A DNA stretch of 64,000 nt from an uncultured delta proteobacterium (GTDB taxonomy: Bacteria > Myxococcota_A > Polyangia > Haliangiales > Haliangiaceae): assembly GCA_963848295.1 (NCBI GenBank), contig CAWKDB010000002.1:1376001-1440000 (forward strand), given 5' to 3'. A program made the position numbers and the translations under genes. The notes under the pieces were generated by a model. It saw only the letters and a list, made by a program, of their open reading frames with translations, was not told the origin of the DNA and made no database searches. Of this stretch, positions 32,436 to 41,164 are shown in pieces (position 1 is the first letter of the stretch; each line of letters opens with the position of its first letter).

Positions 32436-35400
32436 ATGTCGATTGTTCGCAATGCGCTGATCACCCTGGCCATCGTCGCGCCGAGCCGCGCGTGGGCGGG
32501 CCCGGAGATATGCGGCAACGACATCGACGACGATGGCAACGGACTTGCAGACGAGGGCTGCTATCCATCGCAGACAACAGGAGTGTGCGAATCACCACTA
32601 TCCTGCGGCGATACCGGAATGGTGAGCTGGACGACCGGAACACTGCATTACGACCTTCCACCAGACATTGCACCTGCCGTGCCATTCGGTCCCGGAATTG
32701 GATTCAGGAGATTCATAACTCCGAGTTATTCCCCGGCCGGATTGACCTTCGGATCAGTCAACGAACAGCCACTAGGCCCGGGCTGGGGTCACACATACAT
32801 GACCTGGCTCGACGCTTATACCGTCGGACCGCAGAACTACATCGTGCTGCATACCAGTCAAGGTCGAGACGTACTCTATACGGAAACTGGCGCGTGTGGA
32901 AGCGATACTTGCTACGCACCGCAAGCCGGCGATCACGTGATGTCGCTCAAGTACGATCCGACCAACCTCGTCTACTACGTCCAGCTCCTCACGGGCGAGA
33001 CGCTCAAGTACAACGCCGTCGGCCAGATCATCGAGATCTGGGACAACCTGCAGCCGACGCCGAACAAGGTGCTGATCACCTGGGACAGCACGACGAACGG
33101 CAACGTCTCGACGGTGACCGACGCCTCGGGCCAGCGGCGCTTGTTGTTCACGTACACCAATAATTTGTTGACGTCGCTCCAGTTCCAGATCGATTCCGTT
33201 GCAGGCGGCTGGGTGACGCAGCACACGACGACCTACGACTACTCGCTCGGGGTCACGCGCGACGCCACGAGCGGAATGTACGTGCCCGCGAGCTCGGCCG
33301 AATGGACCACGCTCCTGACCGGCACCGGCATCGCGAACCCGACCAACGCCTGGGGCTGTCAGCAGACCTCCGGGAGCCTGAGCGCGTTCATCGGCTCGAC
33401 AGCGCTTACCGCCTTTGGAACCGTGGCCTACAACCAGACGGTATCGGGCTGGTCGCGCAAGGCCGTGACCACGACCAACGGGACATCGGGTGGGTTCCAC
33501 TCCGCGTCGTCGATCTGCAACCCCGCTACTACGGACTGTACCGCGCTCGCGATAGTCGGCGTCACTGCGAACGGCGGCACCACTCGACGCGACGTGCTCA
33601 CCACGGGCGACGGGAACGGCGCACGCACGGCAGTGTTCTCCCCGGTCTATCGCGAGATCGACGGCGAAGAGTACTGGAACTCGTCGCCATCCCTCACCGA
33701 AGGCGTCGGCGGGACCACCAGCACGCCTCGTCCGTGGATCGTTTCGACGAAACACACCTCGTTCACCGGTATGACTGCCGATGGCACCGTCGTCGCGCCG
33801 ACATGGGCCACCGGAACGAGCGCGAGTGGCACGCTCACGCTAGGCGCCGTAAGCCTGCTTCCCGCAGGGGCGCAATATCTGTACGCCGCTGCCTGGAACG
33901 GGACGTCGCTGACCTCCACGCAGCTGAGCACGCTATTCAGCCGCATCGAGAATGGTCCCGGGATTCTCACCTCCGTCACGATCGGCGGCCAACTCGCCCA
34001 GCAATACAAGTACAGCCCGGCGGGCTACATATCTCAGGTGCTCGATGGCGCGGGCACGCAAGTCGCGGAGTTCTCGTTCTCGTCGACCGTGCCGGGCCAG
34101 GTCGATCTGATCACGACCCCGCGAGGGACCGTCGGCTTCGACTACGCCGCGACGCGGACCGGCTGCACGGGCGATACGATTCTCTACTTCGACAGCAACG
34201 GCACCTCGTGCACGACCGACTCGGACTGCAGCGCGTCCGGCTCGATCTGCGGCGGCACCAACGGCACCACCGGTAGCGGCCGCTGCTTCGTCGCCGGGCG
34301 CTGCATGGCGACAAGCACCGCGAACGGTGAAGAGGTGGTCACGAACATCACCCCGCTGGGGCCGGGCGGCGTGAACACGTGCACCGGCGCGTGCGCCGAC
34401 GTCTCGCAGTATTCATGGTCAACGGCGAGCGGCCTCGTGAACGTCATCGGCCGCAAGGACGCGGCCGGCAACTTCACGTCCGCCTCGTACAACTCGAACG
34501 GCCTTCCGACCCAGGTGGGCTACGGTGATACCGATAACGATCCGTCGAACGGGGGAACGAATCGAACCGCCTACTACTTCTACGACTCGACCTTCCCCGG
34601 CCGGCTGGCCGAAGTGCGCCGACCGAGCGACATCAGCTCGAGCTCATCGAGCTGCTCGGCCACGAACACCACCGGATGCGAGCGCACGCTCTACACGTAT
34701 GACTCGACGAGCCAGCAGCTCAAGACGATCGAACAAGACGGCTACACGCTGACCAGCGCGGGCGCCCAGACCACGTACTCGAAGATCATCACGTACTCTC
34801 ACGACTCGGTCGGCCGGATCGGCGAGATCGACGGCGCCGTCTCGGGGATCAAGACGACGTTCGACTACTACCCGCTCTCGACGGGCTCCCACACGAGCTA
34901 CTTCTTGGAGGACTACAAGAGCTACAAGGACGCGACGAACTACCTCGAGCCGCAGATCACCGCATACGACTTCTGGGGCCACCCGACGATCGTCAAGGCT
35001 CCCGATGGCAACTACACGTGCGACACCTACGACAGCGCGCGTGGTTTCTTGGCCACGCGAAACCGAGCGATGGACGGAAACTCGACCTGCGGAGGAACCA
35101 ACATCAGTACCAGCTGGGGGCGCGATAGCTGGCTGCGCCTGATCCAGCTCACGCGTCCTGATACCGGTTGCGTCATGTACGCGTACAACTCCTCGGGCCA
35201 GCTGCAAACGATCAACCGAAGCGACCAGTGCAAGGGCAACACCGGCGACTCGCAGACGATCAACTACGCGGACGGCCTCGTCACCGAGATCGACAGCAAG
35301 AACTCGGCCGGCACGACCACGGCGCAGCAGAAGTACAGCTTCTACGAGGGCCGCCAACTCGAAGAGATCATCAACCCGGACGCGACGTCCACGTACACCA

Positions 35401-38057
35401 ATTTGGTCTACGACGCCGCCGGTAAGCTCACCGAGGTCGACGGCAACAGCAGCCTGTCCAAGACCATCCTCCACTACGACAGCACACCCGGCCGCGACAG
35501 CCGCGTGACCTCGGTCGAGAAGTACAAGACGACCTCGACCTCGGACACCTGGAGCTTGCTCTATGCCTGGATGGGCGGACAATCCCAGTACACCGATGGC
35601 GACAGCAAGGTCACGGGCAGCACGCGCGACGACCTGGGGCGCCTCGTGAAGCTCACGTCGCCCGATCTCGCCGATCCGACCATTCGCGTGTACGACGCCG
35701 CCAGCCGGCTCACGACGATTGTCGAAGACGAGGGCGGAGCCACGCCCGCGACCCACTCGTTCACGTACGACTTCCTGGGTCGACAGCTCAGCGCCGACTA
35801 CCAAGGCTCGTGCGCCACCACCGGCACGGCGCATCCTGAAATCCAGCGCAGCTACGACGCGCTACCTTCTGGGGTCACGTGCCCGATGACCGGCGGCTGC
35901 AACAACCTTGCTGGCCGACTCGCGTACGTCGACGTCATCCTCATGTGCTCGTCGACGTACTCCAGCACTGACGGATCACTCGATCAGCTCACGTTCTATT
36001 CTTATGACGACGCCGGCCGCGTCGTCGAGGAATACATCTCCGACGACACCGGCCGGACCGCCGACCACAAGTACACCTACGACGCCGACGGCCACCTCAC
36101 CAAGGTCATCCTCCCGTCGACCGCCGAGATCGACTGGACCTACGGGACCAGCGGAAACCTATCCGACTCCGATCTCGTGACCGGGATCAGCCGGACGCCA
36201 ACGGTCCCCGTGATCGACACGGTGGCCTGGAACCCGTTTGGACCGTGGGCTTCTTACAACTGGGAGGCAAAGATCGGCGGCACGGCGCTGCAGAACGCCG
36301 TGGCTCGGAACAAGTCGTACCAGATCACGAACGTCTACGGTGCTCGCGTGGGCACGAGCGGAACGGTGAACGCGGAAGTCGACGTCGCCCGCGACAACAT
36401 GAATCGCACCACCTCTCGCGTCTACTCGCCGGCCGTCACCGGCCTCACGAACTCGTACTACCTCTACGACGAGCAGAGCCGCGTGACCTGCGAGACCACG
36501 ACCTCCGTCGGCTCCTGTCCGACGACCGGCTCGGGGATCAAGAACAACCATAGTCTGTCGCCTCCATTTATGAGCGCCGGCGATTGGAAGCAGCTCTTGC
36601 GCCCGATCGCCGGCAGCACCGGCGGCCTCACGAACAACTTCAACAGCTCAGGTACCGGCTATGGCTCGACGCACCAGATCACCGACATCAACCAGTCGGA
36701 CGGCACGCCGGCGTTCGGCCACACCGCAATGGCTTACGACGCGTTCGGCAACCGTTCGTACGACGACAACACGACGACGCTGACCAACGACCGCCGCGAC
36801 TACACCTACGACGCGCGCCACAACCTCGTGAACGTCCGCGGCCAGTACTACACCGGGAGCGCCTGGCACTACTACGATGTCGCGAGCGCGTTCGACGCGA
36901 GAAATCGGCGCGTCTTCAAGTCGTTCTACGACGAGACCACGACCAAGACGGCCCAATGGTTCTTCTACTACGATGCGCCTGACCGATTGACCGAGATCCG
37001 CTACACTCCCGACATCTCGTCATCGGGAACCTACTCCGTGTTTCAGCTCGTCTGGCTCGGCCACAAGCTCATCGCCTATTGGGAAACCGATCAGCCCTCG
37101 GCTACGACCTCCAAACGCTACGTCGCTTCTGACGAAACCGGCCGACCGATGCAACTCTGGAACTGGCCTTCAAGCGGTGACGCGACTCGGGTTTGGGCAA
37201 TCAACCCGAGCGCTTGGGGCTTTGATACGAACGTTCTGGGCCCAAGCCTGTACCAGCCCATCCTCCTGGCCGGTCAGTATCAAGACGTCGAGACAGCAGC
37301 TCTCGAGAATGACGGCGCAACAGTTCATCGGCCACCTCTGTCCTTGAACGGATACAGAAGCTACGATCCGTTTCAAGGCCAATACCTTCAAGTCGACCAA
37401 CTGGTCCCTCAGACGTGGAGCAGTTATGTCTATTGCGATAGTTCACCCATCGGGGAATTCGATCGCAGTGGCCTTCAGAAAAATACAGGCACGTACACGA
37501 ACTACAAGAAGGGCCGCCCTGGGGCCTCCTGCGGTTTGGACATTAGCCCTACCCAAAACAGTGCGGACGGGCTTGGCCACCAGGACGGCGGCCCGCCGGT
37601 TATCGGCGGGCAAGGGAATCTTCCTGATTGGTTGCATGGCGCGCAATCGGCGGGAGAGAGTGACGGAGCGTTTGACACCGACAACGACTCGGGCTGTAGC
37701 GACTTCGGTGAGACCAGCATGGGGCCGGACAGCAGCCAAGGATCGTCTCAAGTAATTCTAACAACGACATTTCCGGGCGATAGGACCGGCCCCGGGATAA
37801 ACGGATGCGGCCCGGAGCCGCTACTGGGGTACGTCGCGAGCGAGTGTTCCGTGTGCCTGCAAGGTTGCGCTGTAGGTCCACTAGAGTCGTGCTTGCATGA
37901 GCTCTGTCCTCCTTTGCAAGTCGACCAACTAAACTCGTGCAAGGAGTCGAGCTGTGAGAACCCCAGCGGGAACAACTCGTGCGCAGTTGAGTGCGGCTTT
38001 GTCCCGATCGAGTCAGGAACTCTGTACAAGCGTCCTCCCGGGATTGTAAATAGGTAG
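32436..38057 (+). CDS. Rhs/YD-repeat protein (1873 aa) with Sec-type signal peptide and Cys-rich C-terminal extension
   Basis: GAGGAAGG RBS; signal ending AWA; EICGNDIDDDGNGLADEGC; PLGPGWGHTY (DUF6531-like); many YD..GR repeats; Rhs core PILLAGQYQD..NGYRSYDPFQGQYLQVD..SYVYCDSSPIGEFDRSGL. Confidence 0.92.
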   Translation: MSIVRNALITLAIVAPSRAWAGPEICGNDIDDDGNGLADEGCYPSQTTGVCESPLSCGDTGMVSWTTGTLHYDLPPDIAPAVPFGPGIGFRRFITPSYSPAGLTFGSVNEQPLGPGWGHTYMTWLDAYTVGPQNYIVLHTSQGRDVLYTETGACGSDTCYAPQAGDHVMSLKYDPTNLVYYVQLLTGETLKYNAVGQIIEIWDNLQPTPNKVLITWDSTTNGNVSTVTDASGQRRLLFTYTNNLLTSLQFQIDSVAGGWVTQHTTTYDYSLGVTRDATSGMYVPASSAEWTTLLTGTGIANPTNAWGCQQTSGSLSAFIGSTALTAFGTVAYNQTVSGWSRKAVTTTNGTSGGFHSASSICNPATTDCTALAIVGVTANGGTTRRDVLTTGDGNGARTAVFSPVYREIDGEEYWNSSPSLTEGVGGTTSTPRPWIVSTKHTSFTGMTADGTVVAPTWATGTSASGTLTLGAVSLLPAGAQYLYAAAWNGTSLTSTQLSTLFSRIENGPGILTSVTIGGQLAQQYKYSPAGYISQVLDGAGTQVAEFSFSSTVPGQVDLITTPRGTVGFDYAATRTGCTGDTILYFDSNGTSCTTDSDCSASGSICGGTNGTTGSGRCFVAGRCMATSTANGEEVVTNITPLGPGGVNTCTGACADVSQYSWSTASGLVNVIGRKDAAGNFTSASYNSNGLPTQVGYGDTDNDPSNGGTNRTAYYFYDSTFPGRLAEVRRPSDISSSSSSCSATNTTGCERTLYTYDSTSQQLKTIEQDGYTLTSAGAQTTYSKIITYSHDSVGRIGEIDGAVSGIKTTFDYYPLSTGSHTSYFLEDYKSYKDATNYLEPQITAYDFWGHPTIVKAPDGNYTCDTYDSARGFLATRNRAMDGNSTCGGTNISTSWGRDSWLRLIQLTRPDTGCVMYAYNSSGQLQTINRSDQCKGNTGDSQTINYADGLVTEIDSKNSAGTTTAQQKYSFYEGRQLEEIINPDATSTYTNLVYDAAGKLTEVDGNSSLSKTILHYDSTPGRDSRVTSVEKYKTTSTSDTWSLLYAWMGGQSQYTDGDSKVTGSTRDDLGRLVKLTSPDLADPTIRVYDAASRLTTIVEDEGGATPATHSFTYDFLGRQLSADYQGSCATTGTAHPEIQRSYDALPSGVTCPMTGGCNNLAGRLAYVDVILMCSSTYSSTDGSLDQLTFYSYDDAGRVVEEYISDDTGRTADHKYTYDADGHLTKVILPSTAEIDWTYGTSGNLSDSDLVTGISRTPTVPVIDTVAWNPFGPWASYNWEAKIGGTALQNAVARNKSYQITNVYGARVGTSGTVNAEVDVARDNMNRTTSRVYSPAVTGLTNSYYLYDEQSRVTCETTTSVGSCPTTGSGIKNNHSLSPPFMSAGDWKQLLRPIAGSTGGLTNNFNSSGTGYGSTHQITDINQSDGTPAFGHTAMAYDAFGNRSYDDNTTTLTNDRRDYTYDARHNLVNVRGQYYTGSAWHYYDVASAFDARNRRVFKSFYDETTTKTAQWFFYYDAPDRLTEIRYTPDISSSGTYSVFQLVWLGHKLIAYWETDQPSATTSKRYVASDETGRPMQLWNWPSSGDATRVWAINPSAWGFDTNVLGPSLYQPILLAGQYQDVETAALENDGATVHRPPLSLNGYRSYDPFQGQYLQVDQLVPQTWSSYVYCDSSPIGEFDRSGLQKNTGTYTNYKKGRPGASCGLDISPTQNSADGLGHQDGGPPVIGGQGNLPDWLHGAQSAGESDGAFDTDNDSGCSDFGETSMGPDSSQGSSQVILTTTFPGDRTGPGINGCGPEPLLGYVASECSVCLQGCAVGPLESCLHELCPPLQVDQLNSCKESSCENPSGNNSCAVECGFVPIESGTLYKRPPGIVNR

Positions 38058-38125
38058 CAACGCGGTTCGTACGGGACAAGCGGTAGCGGTTGGCCCGCGC
38101 AACCATGGTCAGGTCGATGATTCAC

Positions 38126-39697
38126 ATGCGAGTTCATAACATAGCGATCATCGTAGTTGGATTTGGAGTAGCGAGTGCGTCCGCCTGCGGCGGACGCGAC
38201 GCCCACAGCCTTGACGCGTCTCCTAGTGATGGCTCGATAGACAGCAGTAGCTACACGAGCGAGCAAGCCTACCTAAAGGCCTCCAATACTGCTGCCGGCC
38301 AAGCGTTCGGCGCAACCGCTGCACTCTCGGCTGATGGGTCAACTTTCGTGATAGGCGCTTATGGCGAGTCGAGCTCGAGTGTCGGCATCGACGGGGATGA
38401 AGCCGGCAGTCTGGCTCCTATGAGTGGCGCGGTGTACGTGTTTCGTCGGGTCGGGACGACCTGGATGCAAGAGGCGTACATCAAGGCGTCCAATACGGAT
38501 AGTAGTGACTATTTTGGGGACAGCGTATCCATATCGTCCGATGGCGGCACAATCGCTGTGGGGGCAGAGGGCGAGGCGAGCTCCGCAACCGGGGTAGATG
38601 GCGACCAGTCGGACAACTCCGCCGTGTCTAGCGGTGCTGTCTATGTGTTCACGCGATCGGCGACGACGTGGACTCAACAGGCGTACATAAAGTCGTCAAA
38701 TACTGGATCCGATGATCTGTTTGGCGCCAGCGTCGCAATTTCGGCGGACGCTTTGACGTTGGTGGTTGGTGCTCCGGGCGAGGCTAGCGCGACGACTGGA
38801 GTGAACGGCGACCAGGCCGACAACGCGGCGCCAATGAGCGGGGCTGCGTACGTGTTTACGTACGACAACTCCACATGGGCTCAGCAAGCTTACGTCAAGC
38901 CATCGAACACCGATGCCGGTGATTTTTTTGGCGGGAGCGTTGCACTCTCGATGGATGGTTCGACGCTAGCGGTCGCGGCCAGCTCCGAAGCCAGCGCGGC
39001 CATGGGCGTGAACGGCAACCAGGCAGACAACACGGCGCCATTTAGCGGCGCGGTTTATACATTCACGCGATCTGCGTCTACGTGGCTCCAGCAAGCCTAC
39101 TTGAAGTCTTCTAACACGGATAGCAACGACTTCTTCGGTAGCAGCGTTTCGCTCTCGCCGGATGGCTCGACCCTGGCGGTTGGAGCACCGGGCGAAGCAA
39201 GTACGGCTAGAGGCATTGATGGAGACCAAGGCGACAACTCGGCTAAGGGCGCCGGTGCCGTGTACTTGTTCTCCCGCCTGGTGACTACGTGGAAGCAAGA
39301 ACATTACCTTAAGGCCTCCAACACCGACGCTGGCGATGGCTTCGGTACGACGGTCGCACTCTCATCCGACGGTACCGCGATCGCCGTAGGCGCCGTCGGC
39401 GAGGCGAGCCAGGCCACTGGTATTGACGGCAACGAAACCGACGACTCCGACTCCCAAGCCGGTGCGGTGTACATATTCGCCGGTTCAGGTTCGACGCTAT
39501 CGCAAGATCATTACGTAAAGGCGTTTAACACGGATGCGATGGATTTTTTCGGGGACTCCATCGCAGTTTCCTCGGACGGCGCGACACTTGCCATCGGGGC
39601 CGTCAACGAGGCCAGTGACGCCACCGGGATAAACGGGGACCAAGCAGACAACTCGGACGCGCATGCAGGAGCAGGCTACGTTTTTGCGGGACTGTGA
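38126..39697 (+). CDS. FG-GAP / integrin-alpha-like beta-propeller lipoprotein
   Basis: SASAC lipobox; seven QQAY(L/I)K.SNT...D.FG.SV..S.DG.TLAVGA..E.S...GAVYVF repeats. Confidence 0.92.
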   Translation: MRVHNIAIIVVGFGVASASACGGRDAHSLDASPSDGSIDSSSYTSEQAYLKASNTAAGQAFGATAALSADGSTFVIGAYGESSSSVGIDGDEAGSLAPMSGAVYVFRRVGTTWMQEAYIKASNTDSSDYFGDSVSISSDGGTIAVGAEGEASSATGVDGDQSDNSAVSSGAVYVFTRSATTWTQQAYIKSSNTGSDDLFGASVAISADALTLVVGAPGEASATTGVNGDQADNAAPMSGAAYVFTYDNSTWAQQAYVKPSNTDAGDFFGGSVALSMDGSTLAVAASSEASAAMGVNGNQADNTAPFSGAVYTFTRSASTWLQQAYLKSSNTDSNDFFGSSVSLSPDGSTLAVGAPGEASTARGIDGDQGDNSAKGAGAVYLFSRLVTTWKQEHYLKASNTDAGDGFGTTVALSSDGTAIAVGAVGEASQATGIDGNETDDSDSQAGAVYIFAGSGSTLSQDHYVKAFNTDAMDFFGDSIAVSSDGATLAIGAVNEASDATGINGDQADNSDAHAGAGYVFAGL

Positions 39698-39791
39698 TCG
39701 CGGCGGGCCAGAGATCGCCGGAGACGTGCGCCGGCCTATCTCTAATAAACGCTTCATCCCCTGCGGTTGCCCGTCGGGCTAGCATCACGTC

Positions 39792-40127
39792 GTGGTGAGG
39801 ACGGCCTTCCTCATGGTGATTTCGACGCTGGGGTGCACACCGGCGCCGTCATACCCGGCGGCAGTGACCGATCTTAGAATTGGCGAGCGACAGTACGTGA
39901 TCGATGTTAACTACGAACGCCGGTTCGATGTTGAGTTGGCGCGGTCGTTCGCAGATCGCCGTGCGAACGAGTTGTGTTCAGACGGCTACGACCGCTTGAG
40001 CACGCAGGCTGTATCGGTGCCCGAGCCGGGGTTCCCTTGTAGCCGGGACGGGAAGTACGGGAGTTGCAATCAACCAGCGTCGAGGAGTGTGGTTGTGGTG
40101 ATACAATGCCGGTGGCACGGGTTGTAG
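39792..40127 (+). CDS. Small hypothetical lipoprotein
   Basis: STLGC lipobox; four further Cys; ends just before the IS. Confidence 0.55.
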   Translation: MVRTAFLMVISTLGCTPAPSYPAAVTDLRIGERQYVIDVNYERRFDVELARSFADRRANELCSDGYDRLSTQAVSVPEPGFPCSRDGKYGSCNQPASRSVVVVIQCRWHGL

Positions 40128-40178
40128 ACAGACCGGTCCGGTGCGTGTCAACGACTTTGAGACGGCGCTCGCACGTAT

Positions 40179-41164
40179 TTAGTGAGCAGCGACCTCCTCG
40201 ATCCGATCCGCGGATGTGATCAGATCCGTGATCGCGATCCGATCCGTGATCCGATCCGCGCTCCCGATCTGATCCATTGGCGGCGGGTTGATCCACGCGG
40301 CGGGTGGCGGCGACTTCTGGATCGGTCGGCCGTTCACGAAGCGCTCGGGGTGACGGAGGTGCGCGGCGTCGAGCACGAGCTGCCGCGCGGCGACGATGGC
40401 GGGCGCGCGACCATGGTGGACATCGGCCGGCGTGAGCAGCGCGAGGCCGGTGTGGTAGTGCGCCGTGTTGTACCAGCCGAGGAGCGGAGCCATCACAGCA
40501 CGCGCGTGCTCGATGGAACCGAAGCGCTCGGGCATCTCCGGTCGGTACTTGATGGTCTTGAAGCCCGCCTCGGAGTACGGGTTGTCGTTCGAGACGTGCG
40601 GCCTGCTGTGGCTCTGCGCGATGCCGAGATCGACGTAGAGCTGCGCGGTCGATTTCGCGATCATCGGCGAGCCGCGGTCCGCGTGTACCGTCAGCTGACC
40701 GCGCACCACCCGCTGCTGCTCGCAGCACGCCGCGATGAGGCGCTGCGCGATCTTCGCCGACTCGCTCTTGGCGATCTGCCAGCCGACGACGTAGCGGCTG
40801 AACAGGTCGAGGATGACGTACAGCGTGTAGTACGTGCCCTTCACCGGACCGGGCAGCTTGGTCGTGTCCCAGGTCCACACCTGGTTCGGCGCGGTCGCGA
40901 CGAGCTGCGGCTTGACGTACTCGGGGTGCCGGCGCTGCGCGCGGCGCTCGCGGACCTGACTGGCGTCGTCGAGCACGCGGTACATCGTGCGCGTCGAACA
41001 CAGGTACTCGCCGTCTTCGAGGAGCTTCGCGTAGACCTGCGCCGGCGCCTTGTCCATGAACGGATCGCTGTCGAGTACCGCGAGCACGTGGGCGCGCTCG
41101 TCCTCACCAAGTGCGCGAGCCGGGCGCGGGCGTGGCTTCATCGGCGCCTTCGGCTTCTGCGCGC
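40179..41164 (-). pseudogene. IS3-like orfB (rve integrase), 3' part separated from its N-terminus
   Basis: PNQVWTWDTTKL, ILDLFSRYVVGW, HADRGS, SNDNPYSEAGFKTIK. Confidence 0.88.

Noticed and set aside
30888..38057. 2389-aa ORF suggesting a transposase-Rhs fusion
   Set aside because: Its first ~515 codons are an off-frame read through the IS4, a small gene and an off-frame lipoprotein gene. The Rhs has its own RBS, ATG (32436) and signal peptide.
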